Part shown: one piece after another, positions 1-7,760 of the stretch
Position numbering within the stretch: position 1 is the first letter of the stretch
How the letters are laid out: the number at the start of each line of letters is the position of its first letter
Source: Pseudanabaena sp.
GTDB lineage: Bacteria; Cyanobacteriota; Cyanobacteriia; Pseudanabaenales; Pseudanabaenaceae
Assembly (NCBI GenBank): GCA_044350865.1
Contig: JBILGV010000024.1
Span: forward strand, 1 to 32,000
Length of the DNA stretch: 32,000 bases
Direction: 5' to 3'
Translations under genes and position numbers: made by a program
Notes under the pieces: generated by a model
Seen by the model: only the letters and a program-made list of their open reading frames with translations
Told to the model about the DNA's origin: nothing
Databases searched by the model: none

Positions 1-102
1 TTCCACAAAACTTTCGACGGTTGTATTGGGTAAATTTAGCAACCTATCAAGATACAAGTCCATACCTGTCACTAGCTATATTTGTAACTTATTATACATT
101 AA

Positions 103-1353
103 TCCCCTCAAATCCAGAAGAGCCGTTTTATTGCAATTGGCGACAATAAAGATGAAACAAACAAAGCAATTATTGATATATATTCAAGTGGAATTAATAC
201 ATCTCGTGACACTTGGGCTTATAGCTTTTCTCGTCAATCCCTAACAGACAATATGAAGAGAATGATTTCTTTTTATAATTCTCAAGTTGAAAAGTTCAAA
301 GAACATTCTAAAGACAAACTATTCAAAGATACTAAAGATAGGCAAGAAAAAGTAGAAGCGTTTATTAGCAATGATCCCCAAAATATAAGTTGGTCAAGAG
401 GATTAAAAAACGATCTTGGAAGACTTGTTAATTATGATTTCTCTGATGATTCAGTTGTTAAGGGAATGTATAGACCATACTGCAAACAGTGGTGCTATTT
501 CAACAAGTATTTTAATGACATGATCTACCAAATGCCTAGAATTTTTCCAAACAACAATCTGGAAAATCTAGTGATTAGCGTAACTGGAATAGGCGCAAGT
601 AAAGGTTTTTCAGCATTATTAACTGACTCTCTTCCAAATTACCATTTACACGATACTGGTAAATGCTTCCCACTTTATACCTATGAAAAACCCGAACCAA
701 CCGACCAAACCACACTCTTCCTAACCGAAACAGGCTACACCAAAAAAGAAAACATCCCCGACACCATCCTCAGCGACTTCCAAACCACCTATCAAGACCA
801 AACCATAACCAAAGAAGACATCTTCTATTACATCTATGGCATCCTTCATAGCCCCGAATACAAACAACGCTTCGCCGCCGACCTCAAAAAAATGTTGCCC
901 CGCATCCCCTACGCCGCCGACTTCCACAGCTTCAGCACCGCAGGACGCAACCTCGCCCAATGGCATCTCAACTATGAAAATATAGAACCCTATCCATTAG
1001 AAGAATTCAAAAGCGAACTCTATCTCGAAGCCAAAGACTATCGCGTAGAGCGCATGAAATTCCCCAACCGCAACAAAGCCGTAGACAAAACCACAATTAT
1101 CTACAACAGCAAAATCAGCCTCTCAGGCATACCATTAGAAGCCTACGAATACATCGTCAATGGCAAACCCGCCCTAGAATGGATCATGGAACGCTATCAA
1201 CTCACCCGCGACAAAGATAGCGGAATTACCAACAATCCCAACGACTGGTCAGACGACCCGCGCTACATCATCGATCTGGTTAAACGCATCGTGCGCGTAA
1301 GTGTCGAGTCGGTTAAAATTGTTAACAGCTTGCCACCATTGAATGAGAGATAG
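103..1353 (+). CDS. Type ISP restriction-modification enzyme, C-terminal (target-recognition) portion. The 5' part is outside the window and the frame is broken upstream of nt 103, so this may be a pseudogene
   Basis: Frame 1 is open 103-1353 (track ORF 253-1353). FIAIGDNK...SSGINTSRDTWAYSFS (about 127-231) and YIVNGKPALEWIMERYQLTRDKDSGITNNPNDW...VSVESVKIVNSLP match the pattern I associate with the C-terminal domain of LlaGI/LlaBIII-type Type ISP enzymes. Frame 1 has stops at 31, 37, 73, 85 and 100, so the large upstream helicase/methylase part cannot continue in this frame. Confidence 0.6.
   Translation, partial: SPQIQKSRFIAIGDNKDETNKAIIDIYSSGINTSRDTWAYSFSRQSLTDNMKRMISFYNSQVEKFKEHSKDKLFKDTKDRQEKVEAFISNDPQNISWSRGLKNDLGRLVNYDFSDDSVVKGMYRPYCKQWCYFNKYFNDMIYQMPRIFPNNNLENLVISVTGIGASKGFSALLTDSLPNYHLHDTGKCFPLYTYEKPEPTDQTTLFLTETGYTKKENIPDTILSDFQTTYQDQTITKEDIFYYIYGILHSPEYKQRFAADLKKMLPRIPYAADFHSFSTAGRNLAQWHLNYENIEPYPLEEFKSELYLEAKDYRVERMKFPNRNKAVDKTTIIYNSKISLSGIPLEAYEYIVNGKPALEWIMERYQLTRDKDSGITNNPNDWSDDPRYIIDLVKRIVRVSVESVKIVNSLPPLNER
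1312..1350 (+). repeat. Direct repeat copy A: native 3' end of the Type ISP gene (codons VKIVNSLPPLNER)
   Basis: 39 nt repeated at 1980-2018 with 33/39 identity. All 6 differences are synonymous in the reading frames used at each copy. Confidence 0.85.
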
Positions 1354-1582
1354 ACATACCATGCTTAAACCGATCACCCTTCAAGTCGAAGCCCCCATCG
1401 CTGAGGCATATCAAAATACAACACCTGAAAACCGTCAAGCCTTGCAAACCCTTGTCAGCATCTTTTTACAATGTATTTCCCAACCAACCCCACTCCAAAA
1501 AGTAGTCCAAGAAATTCGTTTAGAAGCACAACAAAAGGGACTTACTCCCGAAATCTTAGAGGAAATCCTCAAGGATGACTAA
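1343..1582 (+). CDS. Putative antitoxin partner of the PIN toxin (small acidic protein)
   Basis: 79-aa ORF with an alternative ATG at 1361. It begins across the stop codon of the Type ISP gene (1351-1353) and overlaps the downstream PIN gene by 8 nt. Assignment is by position only; no family was recognised. Confidence 0.5.
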   Translation: MRDRHTMLKPITLQVEAPIAEAYQNTTPENRQALQTLVSIFLQCISQPTPLQKVVQEIRLEAQQKGLTPEILEEILKDD

Positions 1583-2024
1583 ACTAAGATTAGTAATCGA
1601 TACCAACATCTTGGTCAGTGGCTTAATGTCTGTAAATTCTTTGCCTCAGCAGGTTTTTGACTATGCCACATCTGAAGCAATACTGCTGATATCAGATGAA
1701 GTTCAATCAGAAATAGAAAATGTCATCAGTCGCCCAAAACTCCAAAAATACATCACCTTAGAACGGCGTACTAAATTTTTAGCTGAATTAAGCCAGCAGG
1801 TCGAAAGAGTCACAATCAACCAGCAAATTCGAGCCTGTCGCGATCCCAAAGATGACAAGTTCCTAGAATTAGCTGTCTGCGGTGAAGCCAACTACATCAT
1901 TACAGGCGATGCCGATCTTTTAGATTTGCACCCATTCCAAAATATTTTTATCATCAAAGCCGCTAATTTTTTAACCGTAGTTAAAATCGTGAATAGCTTA
2001 CCACCATTGAATGAGCGCACCTAA
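1575..2024 (+). CDS. PIN-domain toxin (type II toxin-antitoxin system, PIN_3-like)
   Basis: LVIDTNILVSGL at the N-terminus, and DPKDDKFLELAVCGEANYIITGDADLL, give the acidic residues typical of PIN ribonucleases. The last 14 aa (VKIVNSLPPLNERT) are encoded by repeat copy B. Confidence 0.8.
   Translation: MTKLRLVIDTNILVSGLMSVNSLPQQVFDYATSEAILLISDEVQSEIENVISRPKLQKYITLERRTKFLAELSQQVERVTINQQIRACRDPKDDKFLELAVCGEANYIITGDADLLDLHPFQNIFIIKAANFLTVVKIVNSLPPLNERT
1980..2018 (+). repeat. Direct repeat copy B: second, diverged copy of the Type ISP gene 3' end, now forming the C-terminal tail of the PIN ORF
   Basis: See copy A. Both copies sit in a translated frame and encode the identical peptide. Confidence 0.85.
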
Positions 2025-2072
2025 ACCAAAAATGCTAAGATATGCTCACTCGCTTTGTAAGGAGGTTTCTGT

Positions 2073-2297
2073 ATGACTAACGCAACCTATGATGAAATTT
2101 TTGGAACAGTCTTAACCCTGCCCCCTCTATACCGCGCCATGCTTGCAGAACATCTCCTTAACAGCCTTGATGAAATTAATCCCGAAATCGAAACAGCTTG
2201 GAATAGAGAAATATCTAATCGTATAGAAGCGATCGACCAAGGTAAAGTTACCTTAATTCCAGCCGATCAAGTATTGCAAAAACTAAGGAATCGCTAA
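2073..2297 (+). CDS. Putative addiction-module antitoxin component (partner of the ParE/RelE toxin)
   Basis: 74 aa. LPPLYRAMLAEHLLNSLDE...ETAWNREISNRIEAIDQGKV resembles the 'putative addiction module component' family. AAGGAGG lies 8 nt upstream of the ATG. TAATG overlap with the next gene. Confidence 0.75.
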   Translation: MTNATYDEIFGTVLTLPPLYRAMLAEHLLNSLDEINPEIETAWNREISNRIEAIDQGKVTLIPADQVLQKLRNR

Positions 2298-2587
2298 TGT
2301 TTCTTGAGTTTGATCCTAATGCACAACTAGAACTTGAAGCAGCAGCTTCATACTATGACAGCATCAATCGTAAACTTAACCAAGCCTTTATTGATGCCGT
2401 TGAAAGAACCCTCAATCGCATCGTTCAGTTTCCAAATGCTTGGACACCAATGATTGCAGATGCTAGACGTTGCCATATTGACGGATTCCCCTATGGCATT
2501 GTGTACCGAGTTTGTGGCGATCGCATCCAGATCCTAGCTGTTATGCACCTACAACGCAAACCAAACTATTGGATAGATAGAAATTAG
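2297..2587 (+). CDS. Type II toxin-antitoxin system RelE/ParE-family toxin
   Basis: 96 aa. FPNAWTPMIADARRCHIDGFPYGIVYRVCGDRIQILAVMHLQRKPNYW is a typical ParE/RelE plasmid-stabilisation fold signature. Translationally coupled to 2073-2297. Confidence 0.8.
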   Translation: MFLEFDPNAQLELEAAASYYDSINRKLNQAFIDAVERTLNRIVQFPNAWTPMIADARRCHIDGFPYGIVYRVCGDRIQILAVMHLQRKPNYWIDRN

Positions 2588-2616
2588 ACATAAATCCGTT
2601 AAAAACATTATTCACT

Positions 2617-2808
2617 ATGAAAGATCCTTCAATTAAAATCAAAAAACCACCCAAGGAAGCCCTCATTGCCTTATGCCGTTCTGCTAAAAAAATGTCTGAA
2701 TTATTAAAAGCTCACGGCATTAGCGAAGATGAAATCATTGCCGAATTTAACGCTATGCGTAAACAAGCAAGGAAAGATGAAGACAATAATGGAACAGCCA
2801 AAACGTAG
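2617..2808 (+). CDS. Hypothetical small basic/acidic protein
   Basis: 63-aa ORF with an ATG start, co-oriented within the TA stack. No family recognised. Confidence 0.35.
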   Translation: MKDPSIKIKKPPKEALIALCRSAKKMSELLKAHGISEDEIIAEFNAMRKQARKDEDNNGTAKT

Positions 2809-2831
2809 AAATTTATCTTGGTAGTTAAATT

Positions 2832-3161
2832 ATGCCTGAAACATTACAGTACATAACCAACGAACAAGGCGATCGCATCGGCGTTGTCTTAGATTTAGAT
2901 ACCTATTCTCGACTTACTCCCGCTTTAGATCCTGAATATCTTATTGGCTTAAACACAGAAGAACTAAAAGCCCTCGCTACTTGCAAATTAGCCCTAACCG
3001 ATCAAAATCACCTAGATCAACTAATCGATAGAAACACCGAAAATTCACTCTCTGAAGAGGAACTTGATGATTTAGATGACCTTCTAGAGAAAGTGGATCA
3101 TCTCACTATCCTAAAAACTCGCGCCAGATACACCCTTAAGTCAAACAAAAAAGCAACCTAG
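2832..3161 (+). CDS. Hypothetical protein with an antitoxin-like N-terminus
   Basis: 109 aa. The N-terminal ITNEQGDRIGVVLDLDTYSRL resembles Phd/YefM-style antitoxin N-termini, and the C-terminus is acidic and helical. No adjacent toxin is seen. Confidence 0.4.
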   Translation: MPETLQYITNEQGDRIGVVLDLDTYSRLTPALDPEYLIGLNTEELKALATCKLALTDQNHLDQLIDRNTENSLSEEELDDLDDLLEKVDHLTILKTRARYTLKSNKKAT

Positions 3162-3185
3162 CCAAAATTGGTTAAGGTTGCTTTT
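3147..3185. terminator. Bidirectional intrinsic terminator between convergent genes
   Basis: AAAAAGCAACCT (3147-3158) pairs perfectly with AGGTTGCTTTTT (3174-3185). There is an A-run on one side and a T-run on the other. The stop codon of 2832-3161 sits in the loop. Confidence 0.7.
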
Positions 3186-3280
3186 TGAAAGGCTTACGAA
3201 GCAATGCTTTCAAATTTTTTCAAAAATAAAGTCCAGAAACCTTGAGAAGGGCTTAGCCATTTCCAACGTTTCTCGGTTTT

Positions 3281-4522
3281 CTAGAAACTAGGACTATTGA
3301 GCAGTAAATCAGAATTTAAAGTCACTGCTAAGTCAGTATTTGGATTGACAGAAGAGAGGGTAACACTGTCACGTCCTAGAAACAGACCGAGTAGAGTGGC
3401 AATCCCTGCACCACCAAGGATTTCTTCAGTGGCAAGAGCGCGATCGCCAGTTACAGCCGAGATCGCGGCGGCGGCAGCAGCACCGAGAGCAGCATTCTGG
3501 ACTAGTTTGCCCACGCTGATACCCTTATCAACTCTCTCAGTTGTAGTCACCACCTTAGAAGTGCCATTAAGTGGCAGCCTTTGTCCATTCGCAAACACAA
3601 GTTCGCTAGCAAAGAACTGAGCGCCACCAGATACGGTTCTCAATTCTCCAGACACTTGCGTACCCGCAGGAATTAAAATTTGACCTTGAGCATTGGTAAT
3701 ATTTTGTGGCACTGTGAGAATCAAAGGTACTTTTTCATCAGGACCTAACAAGATCTTGTCCTTGGAATACTGCACGGCGATCGTATTACCTGCGGGAATT
3801 CTCACCTGATTTTGGACTGGGGGATTATTGGTTTGACCGACGATATAGGGTGAAGCGATCGCTGTCACCTGCCCCGATCGCACTAAGCCTTGATAGATAA
3901 ACGCGGCAACTTCGGCTCTAGTCGCGGTTTGGTTAGGATTTAGAAACTGGACATTAGGATAGTTAACGACCATCCGATTTTCTGTCGCCGCCGCCACACT
4001 ACTTCGCGCATAGTCAGGAATGCTTGCAGCATCTGCATAAGTCTGCAAAATTGTCTCAGGTGCTTGATTTGCAGTGTAATTCAGACCATTAGCAAGGGAT
4101 ACTAAAATCTGTACGCGGGGGATATTTTGAGCGGGTTCAAAAACATTGCCTGGATAACCTGCCATAAAGCCTGTTGTGTATGCTTTTTGAATTGCTGAAG
4201 CAGCCCAATAGTTCGGATCAACATCTACGAACGTGACAGCATTGCGAGTCGGAGCTTTAGTCATCGCTTTGTTCAACATCGCGGCAAACTGCGCTCTAGT
4301 TACGGGATCGTTAGGACGAAATCCACCATCAGGGAAGCCTTTGATAATGTCTCTGGATGCTAACTCTTGAATAAAAGTTTGCGCCCAATAGTTGGTCGGT
4401 ACATCATTAAAAGTTGTCTGAGCAAGGGCGGAGGCTATGCTGATGAAGGGAATTGCAGAGCTACCAATGAAGCTAACAGCGACAAGTAAAGCAGTAGTAG
4501 AACGTTGCGTTTGATTTGTCAT
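3281..4522 (-). CDS. S-layer homology (SLH) domain protein with signal peptide and a glycine/alanine-rich C-terminal hydrophobic segment
   Basis: Three SLH-like repeats (FNDVPTNYWAQTFIQELASRDIIKGFPDGGFRPNDPVTRAQFAAML; FVDVDPNYWAASAIQKAY; YADAASIPDYARSSVAAA). The N-terminus is a hydrophobic signal. Confidence 0.8.
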   Translation of the reverse strand: MTNQTQRSTTALLVAVSFIGSSAIPFISIASALAQTTFNDVPTNYWAQTFIQELASRDIIKGFPDGGFRPNDPVTRAQFAAMLNKAMTKAPTRNAVTFVDVDPNYWAASAIQKAYTTGFMAGYPGNVFEPAQNIPRVQILVSLANGLNYTANQAPETILQTYADAASIPDYARSSVAAATENRMVVNYPNVQFLNPNQTATRAEVAAFIYQGLVRSGQVTAIASPYIVGQTNNPPVQNQVRIPAGNTIAVQYSKDKILLGPDEKVPLILTVPQNITNAQGQILIPAGTQVSGELRTVSGGAQFFASELVFANGQRLPLNGTSKVVTTTERVDKGISVGKLVQNAALGAAAAAAISAVTGDRALATEEILGGAGIATLLGLFLGRDSVTLSSVNPNTDLAVTLNSDLLLNSPSF

Positions 4523-4651
4523 TTTTAAGATGTCTCCTATGCAAGGTCATGCATATTTGATGAATGACTGTATATTCAAAACAAATGTTCCTGAAATATT
4601 TTTGCGTAAAATACTAAAATACAGGAAAATATTTCATTTTTACAGCTTATA

Positions 4652-4746
4652 ACTTAAATAAATCAATCAAGTCAAACATAAAAATTGTTATGTAGAGCCA
4701 AAATAATTTGACTTAATTAAATAAATCAATCAAATCAAACATAATA
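4652..4746. repeat. AT-rich direct repeat pair upstream of the SLH gene
   Basis: TAAATAAATCAATCAAGTCAAACATAA (about 4655-4681) recurs as TAAATAAATCAATCAAATCAAACATAA (about 4718-4744) with 1 mismatch, roughly 130-220 nt upstream of the start at 4522. Confidence 0.7.
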
Positions 4747-4787
4747 TCGTAAGTAATTAGGAATTACACAAAAAAACTAAACGTAAA

Positions 4788-4817
4788 CGTAGGGGCAATT
4801 CATGAATTGCCCCTACG
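4788..4817. terminator. Perfect 30-nt palindrome downstream of tyrA; probable terminator and member of a repeated palindromic element
   Basis: CGTAGGGGCAATTCATGAATTGCCCCTACG is its own reverse complement. On the minus strand it is followed by a T-rich run. The core GGCAATTCATGAATTGCC recurs at 22171-22200. Confidence 0.65.
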
Positions 4818-4833
4818 CTAAAATCGATGCAGC

Positions 4834-5697
4834 TTACAAATACAGATTGCGATCGCTTTGAGTATTAGTCAAAAAAGCTTCGAGTTGTTCCCATTGTTGT
4901 GACTCAACTAAACCAATCACGTCCTGTAAAGATTGTTGATAGGTATAGAGCGATCGCAATAATGCTGAGTGATTATATTCCGCCATTAGTCGCCCTAATT
5001 CAGGATTGCCGCCACCCACACGACTGGTATCCCGAAATCCTGAGCTAGCTAAATTTTGAGCTAATTGCAGCACGATCGCATCGTTTTCCTGCTGACAGGA
5101 TGCAATTAAACTGGCGCTAATCATCACGGGTAAATGGCTAATCATCGCCACAGCGCGATCATGATCTTCAGGATTACATTCATAAACTTTCATTCCCACC
5201 GTTTGCCAAAGCGATCGCACTTTCTCGACTGCTTCAAGATCATCGCTAGGCGTGACAACACAGGGGCGATTTTGAAATAAATTTTGTTCGGCGGCGGCGA
5301 TACCTTGAAAAGCAGTACCTGCCATCGGATGGCTACCGATAAATCTCTGGTTATACTTTTGACAAATATTGGTCGCAGGTTCAACGATCGCTGCCTTGAC
5401 TGAACCGACATCGGTAAAAATTAGATTAGGCGACAACTTTGGAGCTAGTGCCGAAATCGTTGGTAAAATCGCGGCGATCGGCGTGCAGATGACCACAATA
5501 TCGGTTTGACTGAGAATGCGATCGGGAATATTGGCGATATCTGGATTAGCAATATTTACAGAGGCGATCGCTTCGGCTTGTTTACAGGTTTCAGGACTAC
5601 GGCTGATCCCCCAAACATAATGATCTTGATTTAAAGCGATCAGATCGAGTCCCAGCGAACCACCAATTAAGCCCAATCCAACTATGCCAATGTTCAT
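4834..5697 (-). CDS. tyrA: Prephenate/arogenate dehydrogenase
   Basis: N-terminal Rossmann motif MNIGIVGLGLIGGSLG, and GSHPMAG, typical of TyrA-family dehydrogenases. Length 287 aa fits the cyanobacterial arogenate dehydrogenase. Confidence 0.85.
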   Translation of the reverse strand: MNIGIVGLGLIGGSLGLDLIALNQDHYVWGISRSPETCKQAEAIASVNIANPDIANIPDRILSQTDIVVICTPIAAILPTISALAPKLSPNLIFTDVGSVKAAIVEPATNICQKYNQRFIGSHPMAGTAFQGIAAAEQNLFQNRPCVVTPSDDLEAVEKVRSLWQTVGMKVYECNPEDHDRAVAMISHLPVMISASLIASCQQENDAIVLQLAQNLASSGFRDTSRVGGGNPELGRLMAEYNHSALLRSLYTYQQSLQDVIGLVESQQWEQLEAFLTNTQSDRNLYL

Positions 5698-5710
5698 AAT
5701 ATCTACCCTA

Positions 5711-5736
5711 TAAAAAGCAAAGGGCGCGGAGCGCCC
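5711..5736 (-). terminator. Intrinsic terminator after rpmB
   Basis: GC stem GGGCGC/GCGCCC (5722-5736), followed on the minus strand by TTTGCTTTTTA. Confidence 0.6.
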
Positions 5737-5748
5737 CCTACTTTTATC

Positions 5749-5985
5749 TTAGAACTTGTTAAGGTCAAGCCCTGCTTCCTTAGCAAATGCTGACAAACCC
5801 TTCTTTTGCAAAGTTTTGATTGCTTTGGTGGAAATTTGTAATTTTACAAAACGTTTTCCTTCTGCCCACCAAATTCTTTTATCTTGTAAGTTTACATGTT
5901 GTAAGTGCTTGTGACGCTTGTGCGAGAACGAAATCGATACAGAGTTATTGGCTTTTTTGCCTGTTAGTTGGCATACACGACTCAT
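5749..5985 (-). CDS. rpmB: 50S ribosomal protein L28
   Basis: [34 protein letters not shown] is the canonical L28 N-terminus. GGAG lies upstream. Confidence 0.95.
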   Translation of the reverse strand: MSRVCQLTGKKANNSVSISFSHKRHKHLQHVNLQDKRIWWAEGKRFVKLQISTKAIKTLQKKGLSAFAKEAGLDLNKF

Positions 5986-6132
5986 AGTACTAGTCTCCTA
6001 TTTTTTCAGTCCAGTTGACAATATTACAACCTTTTGTGATAAAAGATCAAAAAATTATCTGCGCTGTGGGTGAAGGATAATTAGAGATAATATAGAATTC
6101 ATATTTTTTATCGTCAGGAAGCCGCAACAACC

Positions 6133-6756
6133 ATGATGAGCCAAGCCTTGCCTAAAGTTACAACCTTTGACGAGTTTGTGGAATTTCTTCCTGAAAATTC
6201 GGGCGTACGTTACGAACTACATAACGGAAATTTTACTAGAATAATTCAACCAGTTGGAGAACACGAAGAGTCTAAGGGCTTCTTGACCATAAAAATTGCT
6301 GTTGAAATCAAACGGGTACAACTTCCCTATGGTATTCCCAATCAAGTGATAGTTAGACCTGAAGGCAAAGATTCTGGATATTTTCCAGATATATTAGTGA
6401 TGAATCGTGCCAATCTGCCTAATGAACCGCGATGGAAAAAAGAATCGATTCTGAGTCAGGGAGCCTCCATTCCTTTAGCGATCGAAATTGTATCCACTAA
6501 CTGGCGGGATGATTATCATTTGAAATTTGCTGATTATGAAGAGATGGGAATTGCGGAATATTGGCTTGTGGATTATGCAGCTTTGGGAGGACGCAACTTC
6601 ATTGGTAATCCTAAACAACCGACTATATCAGTTTGTAATTTGCTGGATGGAGAATATCAAATTAGCAAATTTCGAGATAGCGATCGCCTAATCTCACAAA
6701 CTTTCCCTAACCTAAATCTCACCGCAAATCAAATTTTTCAAGCTGGCGTAGTTTAA
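6133..6756 (+). CDS. Uma2-family (DUF820) PD-(D/E)XK endonuclease
   Basis: FDEFVEFLPENSGVRYELHNG..., PDILVM..., LAIEIVSTNWRDDY...KFADYEEMGIAEYWLVD follow the typical Uma2 pattern (D...E-x-K-like core). Confidence 0.8.
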   Translation: MMSQALPKVTTFDEFVEFLPENSGVRYELHNGNFTRIIQPVGEHEESKGFLTIKIAVEIKRVQLPYGIPNQVIVRPEGKDSGYFPDILVMNRANLPNEPRWKKESILSQGASIPLAIEIVSTNWRDDYHLKFADYEEMGIAEYWLVDYAALGGRNFIGNPKQPTISVCNLLDGEYQISKFRDSDRLISQTFPNLNLTANQIFQAGVV

Positions 6757-6779
6757 TTAATGATGTACTGAGTCGTAAC

Positions 6780-7760
6780 ATGTTTTATCCTCGTCTTAGC
6801 GGCGATCGCTATATCAACCCACTTACAGATTTTGGCTTCAAGCGCCTATTTGGAACCGAGCCGAACAAAAACCTGTTGATTGATTTTCTGAATGTAATCT
6901 TACCAACCCAACATCGGGTCAAAGATCTCACCTATCGCAGTACTGAAAACCTTGGCAATACGCCCCTTGATCGCAAGGCAGTCTTTGATCTTTACTGTCA
7001 AAGCGAAAAGGGCGAGAAATTCATTGTCGAAATGCAAAAGGCTAAACATAATTATTTTAAAGATCGCAGCATTTACTACGCATCTTTTCCCATTCAAGAC
7101 CAAGCAGAAAAAGGAGATTGGAACTACAAACTTGATCCAGTTTATACCATCGGCATTTTAGACTTTGTTTTTGATGAAGATAAAAACGATGACACTCTCT
7201 TACATATCGTTGAACTCAAAGATCAAAATTGCAAAGTTTTCTACGAAAAGCTGAAATTTATTTATCTGGAATTACCAAAATTCAAAAAAACAATCGATCA
7301 ACTAAACGACCATTTTGACAAGTGGTTGTTTTTGCTGAAACATCTACCCGATTTAGAAGAACCGCCTTTACCATTGCAAGAAAACGTATTTATGCAACTA
7401 TTTGAAGTTGCCCGAATTACGAACTTTTCTCCAGATGAACGGGAAGCCTATGAAAACAGCTTAAAGTATTATCGAGACATGAATGGTGTCATTGAAACAG
7501 CAAGAGAAGAAGGGAAAGTTCAAGGTATTCAAGAGGGTAAGGCTCAAGGTATTCAAGAGGGGAAGGCTCAAGGTGTGCAAGAGGGGAAAAGCTCTCTTTT
7601 GCTAAAACTGCTTTCTCGCAAACTAGGAACCATATCTGATGAAATTAAAGTTCTGTTGCACGAGTTATCGTCAGAACGATTAGATGTTTTGAGTGAAGCT
7701 TTGTTTGAATTAGAAAGCTTGGCAGATTTACACAATTGGCTCGAAAATATTAACAACTAG
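6780..7760 (+). CDS. Rpn-family recombination-promoting nuclease / PD-(D/E)XK putative transposase
   Basis: N-terminal YINPLTDFGFKRLFG...NKNLLIDFLNVIL, DLYCQSEKGEKFIVEMQ, and a C-terminal EGKxQGxQ repeat followed by an LLL..L helix are typical of this family. Confidence 0.8.
   Translation: MFYPRLSGDRYINPLTDFGFKRLFGTEPNKNLLIDFLNVILPTQHRVKDLTYRSTENLGNTPLDRKAVFDLYCQSEKGEKFIVEMQKAKHNYFKDRSIYYASFPIQDQAEKGDWNYKLDPVYTIGILDFVFDEDKNDDTLLHIVELKDQNCKVFYEKLKFIYLELPKFKKTIDQLNDHFDKWLFLLKHLPDLEEPPLPLQENVFMQLFEVARITNFSPDEREAYENSLKYYRDMNGVIETAREEGKVQGIQEGKAQGIQEGKAQGVQEGKSSLLLKLLSRKLGTISDEIKVLLHELSSERLDVLSEALFELESLADLHNWLENINN

Noticed and set aside
3297-3620. 107-aa plus-strand ORF and similar antisense ORFs (721-966, 9324-9560, 10859-11290, 13194-13568, 21105-21512, 27675-28094, 30826-31161)
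   Set aside because: All are embedded antisense to, or out of frame within, longer ORFs that carry clear family motifs. Their compositions (Ala/Arg/Ser/Pro-rich) are typical of shadow ORFs.
7509-7592. Possible CRISPR-like or regulatory short tandem repeats
   Set aside because: The repeats are contiguous 24-nt units with no spacers, are in frame, and encode a peptide repeat. No CRISPR array exists anywhere in the window.
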